Translations under genes and position numbers: made by a program | Assembly: GCA_013265495.1 (NCBI GenBank) | Contig: MU058531.1 | Span: forward strand, 3,224,911-3,288,910 | Length of the DNA: 64,000 nucleotides | DNA from: Vicugna vicugna | Taxonomy: Eukaryota | Direction of reading: 5' to 3' | The notes under the pieces: model-generated | The model's input: only the letters and a program-made list of their open reading frames with translations | What the model was told of the DNA's origin: nothing | Databases searched by the model: none | Shown: positions 40,053-51,835 of the stretch, in pieces | How the letters are laid out: every line of letters starts with the position of its first letter | Position numbering within the stretch: the stretch's first letter is position 1

Positions 40053-43000
40053 GTGAGTGCGGGGCGCCGACCCCCGCGCGGGTCTCGCCCGTGGGGGACA
40101 AGGCAGGCGCCAGCGGATGGGGGTCCGCGCAGCCGCCGGCCGGGGGCACCGTGCGGACCGCGCCTCCCATTCCCACGGTGCGTAGAGCTCGAGAACACCC
40201 TTACACTGGCACCTGGGGGTGCTGCAAAGCAGAAGCCCCCTGCGCCCTGGTCGACGCGAAGACCGGAGAAAGTTTCTGATTGTTTTGGAACCTGTTTGGG
40301 ATTCCGAAACTGTTCCTATAATTAAAATGTTGAGGACAGGATCGTGGAGTCAGATTGCCTTTTGGTGTGCCCTGCTCTAGGTTGGAGGTTGAGGGTCACC
40401 GAGAGAGGCCATCCCGCAGCTGGCCCAGGTTGGGAGGAAGCTAACCAAGAAAACTGATCTCGATGGTAAACGGTGTTCCTCGACGAGGAAATTGAAAAGC
40501 GTTGAGGCTAGAAAAATGTTTGTCCCAGAGTCTGTGACTCTTAGGGAGGCAGAGTGGAGTAGGACCAGTGGTTCTTAATCTTTTTGGGTTAGGAGGAGTT
40601 TTTAGCAACGGATGCAAAACGAGACAGAGGCACAGTCTTACATGAATGAGTAAGCAGTTCACAGACCCGCCTCCAAAGCTAGGGACCCTGTGTGAGAAAC
40701 CCTTTGTTTTGTTCAGCGCCTTCCTTCGACAAATGAGGAAATTAAGGCAGGGAAGATGAGGGCTCTAGAAGGGTTTTGTTTGCTTTGTTTTTCCCAAGAT
40801 CTGGCATGTGTGGACAAGACACTCCGCAGGTCGGGGCAGCACTAGGGATAGGATCCCAGTTCGTCAGAGACCTTGCCCAGGGCCCTTTCTCCTAGCCACA
40901 AGCACATTGCTCCTTGAACTCCACTGCCCACCGGAGCAGCTTCCTCTAAGAAGAAGGGAACAGGCAGATCTCCTTTCAAGACAAAGTTACACAGTCTGCA
41001 CCACCACATCATCTGGGTCACCTCTCCTAAATGTGACCTGGGACTTCTATTAGCTGACCTTTTAGCTGACCCCACTTTTCCCTCCTCCCTGTGTGCACTT
41101 TCCTGAGAGTCACAGTTCACAAACTTTATAGAGACACAAACCCCAGGAAGATGGTTCTTGCTCCATTTTTCTCCTAAATACTAACAGAAACAGACTTCTG
41201 ATCATTTTACATGGGTTAGTGCCTCCAGACAAGTTACCCTCAGCTGAATTGACCAGATGTGCAGTTTTGAAGAGGTCAGTTTCTCTCCTTAACATCCTAT
41301 GGCCGAATGTTGTTCTAATGGACTGCTGAGTTAGCCCTTACAAACTTTTAAATGGCTCCCCTGTTTGTGAACCAAAGAGGAATACTTCAGGCAGCACATG
41401 GCAAAACCGATGCAGGCAACTGCACCTAAGAATCTTGAGGGGTCTTTTAATTTCAAAGGAAGTTGCTAACAATAAGACTTAGGAATACTGATTGTAAGGT
41501 GACCAGATAATATTCCAAAAACGGGATTGCCGTAGAAACACTCTATTATTGTCATTGAACTTTGTGACTGTATATTTTAGCCTCTTAACCCAACTGGTTA
41601 TCTTAAAGTTCATTCATGTTCAAGTTTAGGTCAAAACTATTACCCATTTTTCTTACATTCTTGGATGACCTTCACAAACAGCATATTGTTATCCTAAGAC
41701 ATCTATTTAGTTTCTTGAGGGACAACGTGATTTTTGACTGAAGCAAGGAGAAGCTGTCTCGGTTTGTGCCTCACATAACCCTGGAAGGAGGAAGCTCTCT
41801 AGGGGAGCAGTGCATTCTGAAACCAGTGGAGGTTTTTACACTGACCGAGATCCTGTTTCAGTGGGTCTGGGGATGGACCCACTTTAGTGGCTCAAGAACT
41901 GAAGTTTTAAAAGTTAATTCAGTTGCTTCTAATTCCTAACCCAGGTAGTGATCACCAGTTTAAAACAGAGGATACAGAAACTGAGCAACTTCTCCGTTTT
42001 CTTCTGACTCAGGAAATTGCACTGTGGCTACTTACTTAACTTAAATTATTTACAGTTGCCAAATTATTAATTATGCTTACAGTAGAATATGACTGTGGAA
42101 GCACATTACATAAGCAAATGCCTCTTTGCTTTATACTACTCTTTTGTTCACCTACTTCGACAGAGAGAATTGAAATGATTGTTCTGTAAGAGACTGAGGT
42201 TTGCTTGAGAAGAACCAGTCCTCAGCCTCTAACAAATAATTAAGTTCATCCTGACCTTGTAGCAACTGTCCTGTCCCAATCAGGAGCATGGGCCTTAAGT
42301 GTTGGCAGGCCAGAAAATATGTGTGTACGTGTTTTAAGGGAAAAAAATAAACAGAGCCAGGGATGTAAAATAAAGTTTTAAAAGAGTTAAAATATCATGT
42401 TAAGTTAAAATATTTATGGAGAAAAATTAGAAAGTTTAGGTTGGAGAAGGTCCTTGAAATTTAGACCAGGGAGATGTTTTCTGTCCCTGAGCTTCCTGTT
42501 CTATTCTGCCTGAAGGCATAAGTTCTACATAAGGGTTGGGTTTCTTTTAAGAAAACTATTTTTATCTGGACCTGAATTCTGAAATTTCAAAGATGAACTT
42601 TAAGGCAGACCACAGCCAAGACATGTACTTTGTGGTGCTTAACTTGGAAGTCTTCTAAAGCTCCCTTCTCATGGGCTGAGCGGGTATGTTCAGTTTGGTT
42701 TCTGCAGTATCTGAGCACACAGGCACAGAAGAGAATGTGGAGGATTCTGGCACTTATGCCAGAGAACCTACTCCATGGTGACTCCTAGCTCGAAGTCATT
42801 CTCTTCACCTGTACACCTAGAACAGCTTCTGACCCAAATGGCATCTCCGTCTACGAAGGTCAGGCTGTAGAGCACTCCGGGGAAGTCTGCATCATCATGG
42901 TTTGGTCCTGCTTTGCAAACTGTCACTTGTGGGCAAAGGTATCTAATTAACATAAGGAGGTTGAAACGTATTACCTGGTGCTTGCCTTTATCAGAAAAGG

Positions 43001-44278
43001 CCATTAAAAAAAAGAAAAGAAAAGAAAGAAACATTGTGCAATACTCTTCAATGGCTGAGTAACTCATTATAAATTCCTAGATTGGAATGATAATCTTTGT
43101 TTTACTACAAATTGCATGTGTCCGTCCATACATCCTTCAGCTCTGCTATGCTCTTAACTGACAAGGGCCAGTTCTGTGTTTCCTTCCTGTTCTCTTCTTG
43201 TTTTTGTGTTAGTTTCAAAAAAAATTAAAAAAATACATATATATAATCCTGAGTGTGTGGCCTGTCTTTTAGGGAGTTCTCTGCTTACCCTGTTGCATTT
43301 TGCTGCCCTCTGAATGACAGGGGGTGAGACTGAAAGCAGGATCTACTCCTGTCTTAGGCAGCTACGACAAAGGCAGTGGTTGCTCCTACAGACTGTCACT
43401 AATGGACTGAATACTTGATGCCCTGGAGAAAGCAGCAGTTTCCTAGTTCAGATCAAACCAAGAAGTTGGTATTAGATGGCGGTTCTAATTTTTTTCTTTA
43501 AAAAATTTTAAGCACTTTGAGGTCAGAGGACTAGATAACCTAGCCCCTGCCCTCAAAGAGTTTATGTTCTAAAAAGAAGATAAGTCATAAACCATGAAAA
43601 GTTAAAGATTTGTTTAACTGTTCAAAATAACTGAACAGAGAGTCTTCCCAGATTATGCTGTCGCCTGTGGTGTTAGACTCTCACATCTTTCCATGAAGTT
43701 CTCTGATATTCTTTCATTCAGTGAATATTTATTCAGAGTCTCCCATGGGCCAGGCCTGAATAGGACAGCTGAGATCCCAGCCCTGGAGACACTCCCAGGC
43801 TGGTGGGAGAAGTCGGCTAATCAACAAGTAGCCACATCTGACAGTTACGACCTATTTTCCAGAAAAGGACACTTTCTGCATAAAGCCCAGTTCACCAATG
43901 AGATGATACAAAATATCACTTGGAAGCATTTTTCTCTAACCATCTTGACAAGCGTTTTCTTAAAGACTTCTCTCACTATCTTGGCAAGCTTCTTCTTTTT
44001 GACTTACAAGTGAGGGATGAGTCTTCAGTGAGCCGAATAAATCCATTTCATAGGGTGAATTGCATTTTAAAAATACAGGTGTAAATTGTTGCCCTGTGTC
44101 TACGGTTGTTTATTCTTGGTGGGGAAATTGTTCCGGTCCAGAGATTGGATGTGCTTAGGAGGTTAATATTTGTGGCCTGTTAGCTGTTAATATTGTTCCA
44201 TTTTTTCTCAATTTCTAGGTAAGTGTGATAAAACATACACTTGGAAGCAAGGACTAACTAGAATTTAATCTTTTTCAG

Positions 44279-44459
44279 AAGCTGAGAAGAAAGCACCCTG
44301 CCCTGGACTTGGCTTGTTTTACACATTATTGTCTGCCTTCTTTTTCTCAGTGGGCTCTTTATTGGTTAAAAAAGTGCAAGACATCCATGCTGTAGAAATT
44401 AGTGCATTCCGATGTGTGTTCCAAATGCTAATCATTATCCCTTGCTTAATATACAGAAA
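44279..44459 (+). CDS. SLC35G1: SLC35G1 coding exon 2 (181 nt): EAEKKAPCPGLGLFYTLLSAFFFSVGSLLVKKVQDIHAVEISAFRCVFQMLIIIPCLIYRK
   Basis: Acceptor tctttttcag at 44269-44278 and donor GTAAGT at 44460. The frame is open and encodes the first EamA helices. Not in the ORF track; translated by hand. Confidence 0.95.
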
Positions 44460-46428
44460 GTAAGTATTTCTTACCTGCAAAGTAGAAGATATTAATAAAT
44501 GTTTGTAAATCTTTTGACCTGCTTAATTTATTTACTCTATAGCATCTGCTTTATTCCTCTCATAGATTTACCAGTCCCTACACCCTTTGGCTCTGATTAA
44601 TGAAAAGTCACAAGGATCCACCCAAAGAAGATGCCCTCATGAACAAAAACCACATGCCCAACAAAGGAGGGGAAACAGATTCAATTATTCACCACCTCCT
44701 ATTTTGAGAACAGAGCTTTCCTTGTACAATTCCTTCCCCCATCTTGTGCCACCCTCCCTTCTTACCTTTGGCATAACTAGTATTTGGAAGAAAAAAGTAA
44801 ACGAGAGGAAACAGCAGTGTCTCCTAGTGTCAGAGGTTTCTTTAAGGAGAACAGGCTGCTCTGCCACCAAGGCAGACAGAAGGTTACAGTAATGATATTT
44901 AGGTCTTCCCGCCAGGGTGCTATGGGAGAGGGGAAAGGGGATCTTGGGAAATGCCATTTTAACTCCTTTCTTGTTCAGTATCCTCATCTGTAAACTGGAG
45001 GGGATGATATTCTTTGTTCTCTACCCTGCATGAAAACTGTATTCCCCATCCTTACTGTTCTCTCCCCATCCAGCCCCTCTTCCTCTTCCACATGGACCCC
45101 CCCTACACACACCTTCCCCAGGTTAAAACTATGCCTCCGCCACACTGTTGTGACCTCTACACACTTAGAACCCTGGGAGGAACAACCGCCGGGTTCCTGG
45201 TGGCTCTTTGGCTCTCTCTCTCTTTGGGTAAGGATGCTTAAACTCCAGATTTAAAACTTCAGCCACTTGCTGCCAAAGGTTCCTTGTATCTGTAACTCGG
45301 CACAGATTTACTTAGAATAGTTTCACTCCTTATCTGGAGACTTTGGTGGGAAAAGGTGAAAATCTGCTGAGCTCAAAAATATTGTCAGAAATTCCCATGT
45401 AATTATGGACAAGTCACAGTATTTTAGGAAATGATGCTAAGACTTCAGAAATTCCTAAGGGTGGCAACAGACCACTGATGCTATAAACAGCCATTCTTTC
45501 CTTTTTGGAATAAAAATATTGTCAGGAGGGCACTTAGAAGAATTTTCTTAAATCACTGGCATTAACCTGTTTTGACCCATTTCACTATCACGGAAGACTC
45601 TTAGCTTCTCAAAGTATGGACCCAAGGTGACCACACTTTCACTTCTAACTCCAGAGACCCAGGGTCCCCGTATCAGGCCTAGATCCTGCTCTGAAACAGT
45701 TCAGCCGTGGCACAGAGCAGTGAGCCGCCCTTAGCAGGAACTTACACAGTACTCTGTAAATACTTAATTGAAAAGCACTTGAGCAACAGTTATTATATTT
45801 ATCTGAATGCTACAAGTTCTTTTCCAGTGTATTTTAGCTCTTTTCATAAGGAGAACAATGAAAAGTTGTCTCACAGTCAGTGGCTAAAATAAATTTTAGC
45901 ATTGCCTCAGCTTTAATAGGAAAACTCATAGGACTGAGAATGCTCACTCACATTCCCAAGTTGTCTTATGTGAGGCAGCTAAGTCACTAACTTGTATTTA
46001 TTATAAAAATAATAACTTTTTCATTAGAGAAAATTGAAGGGGAAATATAAAGAAGGAAAATTACCTATGAGTCTACCTATTAAGGTATAACCACAATGAA
46101 CATTTCAGTTTATTTTCCTTTTTGTCTCTTTTGCAAGCATATATCTACACATAGAAGAAATAATACCTAGAGTTGCTGAATTATAATTACACTATTTATG
46201 TATTTCACTCATACTATTTTAGCTTATACTGTGAACACATTAATGTCATTAGCTGTATTTAGGAAACACTTTTTAAAAGGTGTATAATAGTTGTAGACAT
46301 AATAATTAATTTACTATTTCTTTTTTTTTATAGTTTTAGGACTTTTAAAATAATGTTTGATTTAAAAGTGTAATTTGCAAACAAATTCCAAGTTCGTTTA
46401 ATACTCATCCCTTTCTTTGAATTTACAG

Positions 46429-47167
46429 AACTGGGTTTATAGGCCCAAAAAGTCAACGAATCTTCCTCCTTCTCAGAGGAGTGCTCGGTTCTATTGCCAT
46501 GATCCTTTTATACTACGCCTTCCAGGCAACGTCCCTCGCTGATGCCACAGTTATCACATTTAGCTGTCCAGTGTTTACATCTATATTTGCTTGCATATTT
46601 CTCAAGGAAAAATACAGCCCTTGGGATGCTCTCTTCACCGCATTCACGATCACTGGAGTGATCCTTATCGTGAGGCCACCATTTCTGTTTGGTTCCAGTG
46701 CCGTGGAGATGGAAGAAGACTATTCAGTCCACCTGAAGGGCACGTTCGCAGCACTTGCACATGCCGTCTTTGCTGCGGTGACTCTAGTCATCCTAAGAAA
46801 AATGGGGAAATCTGTGGACTACATGTTGAGCATTTGGTATTATGTAGTGGCTGGCCTCATTGAGTGCGTCACTGTCCTTTTTGCATTAGGAGAATGGAGT
46901 TTGCCCTACTGTGGGTTGGACAGGCTGTTTCTCATATTAATTGGGCTGTGTGGTTTGGGGGGTCAGGTGTTTCTCACAAAAGCCATTCAGATAGAAAAAG
47001 CAGGCCTGGTAGCACTAATGAAGACGATGGATGTGGTCTTTGCTTTTATCTTTCAGGTTATTTTCTTTAATAATATACCATCATGGTGGACAGTGGGTGG
47101 CTCCCTCTGTGTAGTAGCCAGCAGTACTGGAGCCGCCATTCGTAAGTGGTACCAGAGTTCCAGATGA
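46429..47167 (+). CDS. SLC35G1: SLC35G1 coding exon 3 (739 nt): TGFIGPKSQRIFLLLRGVLGS...AAIRKWYQSSR*
   Basis: Acceptor ctttctttgaatttacag ends at 46428. Contains the 228-aa multi-TM ORF 46481..47167 (LADATVITF, LKEKYSPWD, IEKAG motifs). Exon sum 178+181+739=1098 nt = 365 aa + stop. Confidence 0.96.
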
Positions 47168-48223
47168 AGCATCGTTGCTGAAATGTGTTTATTTATTTTT
47201 TAAGAACAAGGAAACGTTAGCAGTGGTTACACTGCTACAGCAACAGCGGGCCACACAGACAAGAGGTGCCTATGTGAGCACCAAGGGTCGGTTGTTGGGG
47301 TCTTTTATAAATGTGTATTTTTTTAAAGTACACCATCACCTAGTTCAGACACATCACACACACATGCGCACACACGCCTGGAAAATCTGCATTTACTTCA
47401 TTGATTATATTTAATAGATTTCATAATTAAAGTGCCACTTTTGAATATGGTATGTCTTTAATTAGTTAAAAACAGCCAGTCAGTTTAGTGTAGCAACTTT
47501 ATTTTAATCAATTATTTTTTGGTTTTGGGTTTTTTGTTGTTATTGGGGTGGCACTGATAAGAGGACAGATCATTAGTTGAAGAAAAACTGCACAATTTTT
47601 TATGACTAAGTATAAATATATGTAATTTTTCAAAGTGTATTTTTGGTACTGATGGGATACAGGTGGGAGGAAATTTTAGATGCTCTCTTAGCAGTGTAGA
47701 GGCTAAGAGACTTACTGATAATAATGCTGCTATATAATTAGTGTTATGTTGATAATTCATTTGAAATGTAATGCCATTTAGGAGGCCAAAGCTGAAATTT
47801 GGAGTAGGTGCCTACTTAATGGTGTTTATAAAACAAATGAATTAGCCTTATTTTCAAGGCTTTTAAAAATGATCGTCATTCTTTTAACCCCTATTTGTGC
47901 CTTTTTCACTTTAATGCTGAAATTTTCATATGAAAACTTAAATCTTTAAATCACCAAATTTGGCTAGTAGTTTTCTGCTTGAGTGGCATTAGCAACTGTG
48001 GCTACATTATATAATTTTAATTGTCCTCTGTTGTTTTTGAAACTGCACTACATTTTTTTTTAACGTGCTAACGTTTCAGGTGTTTAAATCACAAGTGAGA
48101 AATTTTGGCATGACCAATGTACACATTTCCATCCTGAAGTGTTTTCTCAGAACTAGAAATTTGATTTTTTATAAATTCAGTTGACTTTATGGTGTGATGC
48201 CAAATAAAATTTTCTCAGGATTT

Positions 48224-48310
48224 TATTAGGTTGAACCATAAGAAATTGATGAGATTTTACCTTTTTAACTTACAAAAAAACCCCATAGTTTCTTATGGTT
48301 CATCCTAATA
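48224..48310. mobile_element. MADE2-like mariner MITE
   Basis: 87 bp with 22-bp terminal inverted repeats (tattaggttgaaccataagaaa / tttcttatggttcatcctaata, 1 mismatch) and TA ends. Confidence 0.8.
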
Positions 48311-48357
48311 GATACCTCTCTTACCTTCTAAACCAAATACTTAGAGAACTTTGGAGA

Positions 48358-48431
48358 ATATATATATTATATATATTATATATATTATATATATAAAATA
48401 TATATATATAATATATATAATATATATATAT
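48358..48431. repeat. Imperfect (TA)n microsatellite in the probable 3' UTR
   Basis: About 75 bp of pure A/T sequence. Confidence 0.92.
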
Positions 48432-49887
48432 TTTTTTAACTACTTTTTAAAGTACAGTAATCCTAGTAAACTTATTTTATGGTCTTTTTCCCTTATGGAA
48501 TTATATGTAATAATGCCTCATGTTATATATTAAATGTAAAGACCTGTGAATCCATGGTTGATTGATTTGTGTAGTTTCTTAAACAGAAAAAAAAATCACT
48601 GTTAAATTCTAGTAAATCAATATGGTATTAAATGTTAGTGCTGCACCATGGTACTAGTGTTATGAATTCAAACAGCACATTTTATGTCTGGAACTTCATC
48701 AGGCCACTGCTCTACAGCTAAAGAGAGAATGTAATATTTAGGAAAACTTGGGAGGTCAGTCAGGAGGCAGGGAGTCCACGCAAATGGCTCTTTGTCACAA
48801 TGAGCCCTTTATTGGTGAGGCTGTAATGGTCTCCACCTCTCACTGTGTCAGACCTAGCACCTATTATTATCTTAAGCCTACAGATCTGAACAATTACAGG
48901 CTCTTTCCCACCCTCTCATCACAATGCTTCCAAAGTAAGGAGGAACTTGACTTCTGAGGTTTATGCCTTGGTGAGAAAGGACCTTTTCCCAGTAGTTCCA
49001 AGAGGGAATTTTTGGCTTGCTGATCTTCCCAAATGCTGCCCACCTGACAGAGCCTAAAAGAGGCCTATTTAGGGGACTCACACTATCATTGTAACTTTAG
49101 CCTAACTGGCGATGTTAGAGTTTAGAGTTGCAAAAGCATCATTTTGCAAGCATCTTAGATAAGTATAGATTTAGGGTATTTTAGGGCTCAAAGGTTAGAA
49201 ATCCTCATGTAGGAGACATGCTTCATAGGTAGGGACTCTGGGGAGGGGCCCTGCCCAAGATGGGTTCCCATGGCCTTATTTATCCATCCTTTAGTTCAGC
49301 GATAAAGTACAGAAAGTAAACCATTGCTTGAGCAATCTAAAGTAAATTAACTCTCAGGGAACCCTCTTCTGGTTCTTTACCTTGCACAATAAAAGAACCT
49401 ACAGGATCTTGAAAGGTAGACCCCCTTGGGCCTGTACACTACAGACATGTTTTATTTCAACAGTGTGGTTTAAGTGCTTGAATGTCACAATGTATGACCA
49501 AAGTTGGAGAAAATGTTTCTTCTCCCAGCTTTTACAGGGTGTGATTTTTTAAAACACTTTTATAATGTCCAAGGTATATACAAGGATATGTATTGTGACA
49601 ATGATGGGTGTGTGTATTTTGCAAAGACTGTAGTTTCTATGTCTTGAAAAGGAAACTATTTTCTTAAACTGTTTTTATAATTACTAATTAAATTAATGTG
49701 AAAGCTATATTTTGGTTTTTATGATTATAGCAAATGTGCTAATATAGCATTTCTTTTTCCATCCAAGTGCTTCCAAGTGTATTTATAAAGGAGAGCAACC
49801 TCTAGACATTCTATTGTGATGTAACCTCAAGTTTCAAACTGTTTATCTGTCCCTCTGATACTATCACATCACGTCCAATGTCACTAA

Positions 49888-49893
49888 AATAAA
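49888..49893 (+). terminator. Candidate distal polyadenylation signal AATAAA
   Basis: AATAAA followed about 30 nt later by GU-rich ctgtgttgtt (49921-49930). Confidence 0.4.
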
Positions 49894-51559
49894 GGTCCTA
49901 ATCTTATGAACCAGTGAGGCCTGTGTTGTTCTACATCCTCAGAGCTTGGAGCAGCTTTTGTTCACATAGCTAATACGTTACTAAGTCCTGGAGTATGTCC
50001 TCTTATTGTCTCGTGAACTCTTCTTTCCTCATCCTTTACACTGCTGCCATCTCAGTCTGAGACTTCCTACCTCCACCTGAATTACCACAATAGTACCCTA
50101 GCTGGGTTACCTGCCTCTACTCTTTTTTTCTACTCAGACCCATATTCCACTGCTAGACCAATCTTCCTAAGGCCCTGCTCTTGTTGTTACTCTGGTTCTC
50201 ATGGAGCCACAACAATGCCTTATTATACACATCACATCCAAATTATTCAGCTGGCCCATTCCCACTTTTCCAACTTGACTTCCCATGTCCCAACATGAAT
50301 GCGATACTCAGTCAGTCTCTCCACCAGCTCCCAAATTTGCCAAGAGATTCCTTCGTGTCTCTACTGCTTTCTTTGCCTTCTCTTCTTTACCTTCTAAGGC
50401 CTCTTAGCCTCCAGCGGCTCAGCTGAGCCTCAGTTTCCTCCACCGTCTCCAGCTTCCCCACCCACACCAGTCCACCTTGGAAGAGTGGAGGAAGCACTGG
50501 ATTAGCTGTCTAAAGACCCAGGTATGGTTTAATCACTTTCCAGGTAGGCCTTTCCACTTCATGTCCTTAAGCCTGTTTTCCTCATTTGCCTCAATTATTA
50601 ATAGAAAAATATTACTTGCCCCAGCCCATGTTACAAATAAGTGTCATAGGAGGACCTGTAGACCATAAAGGAGGACAAAAACACTGAAGTACTGAACTAT
50701 GGTGAATATGGTCGAGTTGTGCATTCACTCTCCTCTTCGAAATAATGCCTAGTCCACGGTCCTTACCCCTGGGCAGCCTCACCAGGATTGGTGTGAACAG
50801 TCTGGATTACAAACCTCATCTGGCTCCTTCCTGCTAGCACAGAACTCTGCTTTTGGGCAGCTCTCATTTCCTGGCTAATCTGCCCACGTAGGGCTGCCAA
50901 GGGTCACCAATCTTCTTATCTTATGCGTAGGTGTTGCCACCTTCCCACTTCTGGCTTTAGCTCTGTGGGTACTGCACTTGGCTCGACTAGGGGGGTGAGC
51001 CTGATACTCTGTGTTTCACATGCACTGTTCTTCAAACTCAGCATGGCCCTTCTGGCCTCTTACCTTTCACCCAATAAGCATAATTAGTCTATGGAGGGCA
51101 ATCTAGTGGGAAGTGAGCCAGATCTCTTTGTAATAAACTGGCCTCTGACCCAGCTGTATGGAACCATGGTCAGCACCGGGCAAGAGGATTAGGTAATTAC
51201 AGTGTGGGCTGGGCAAGCAAAGCCTGGGCACTACCCCAAGCACACTATTATATAACCCCTTTGGTCCCTTATATCAAATCTTATACAGCTACCATATTAC
51301 TTAGAATTCTGCAAGATGTGCTATCAGGGACCCTCTGTGATCTACAAAGACCCATTCAAGTTTTAGCCTATTTGAACACCGGATTTGGAAAGCCAGTTCA
51401 CAAACAGCCCACGAAACTTGTCATTTCTTGGAAACTGGTGGTGAGACTGGAGGGTAAGGTGAGCAGGAGGGTAAGGAGCAGACATTTCTGACATCAAGGT
51501 AGGGAAGAAAATGTTACACCACAGAAGTCCAGTCCACAGGAAAAGATTCCACTGGGTTC

Positions 51560-51835
51560 CACAAGGTATTATGCCAGCTGTCATATACTAAGCCAGATTT
51601 GCAACAATATAAAACAATGCTATGTTAATCACTAATTTACAAAAATAGTTAGTTTTCATAAAAATGTTATTTATATTAACATATAGTGGAATTATATAGT
51701 ATATAATTATATAGAATATAGTATATATATTTATATACATATATCCTACATGAACCAGAAGCTCTTAGGAGTCTTCAATAATGTTTAAGAGAGTAAAGAG
51801 GTACAAGGCCAAAACCTTTTGGAGCCATCGATTTA
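51560..51835. mobile_element. hAT-Charlie DNA transposon fragment
   Basis: gcaacaatataaaacaatgc...aaaaatagttagttttcataaaaatgttatttat block. Confidence 0.55.

Larger units (their letters stand above)
39470..40270. promoter_or_regulatory. CpG island / SLC35G1 promoter
   Basis: The only CpG-dense, very GC-rich segment of the window; it spans the start codon and exon 1. Confidence 0.92.
47168..49915 (+). other. SLC35G1: Probable SLC35G1 3' UTR (end uncertain)
   Basis: AT-rich, repeat-poor sequence after the stop. Candidate AATAAA signals at 48203-48208, ~49388 and 49888-49893. Confidence 0.5.

Noticed and set aside
39384..40325. Several long overlapping ORFs on both strands (249 aa, 179 aa, 134 aa) around the promoter
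   Set aside because: Expected in a stop-poor CpG island and low-complexity Arg/Pro/Gly/Ala. Only the 39875 frame up to the donor at 40053 matches SLC35G1.
46591..47070. Alternative-frame ORFs inside exon 3
   Set aside because: Short shadow ORFs with no recognisable homology.
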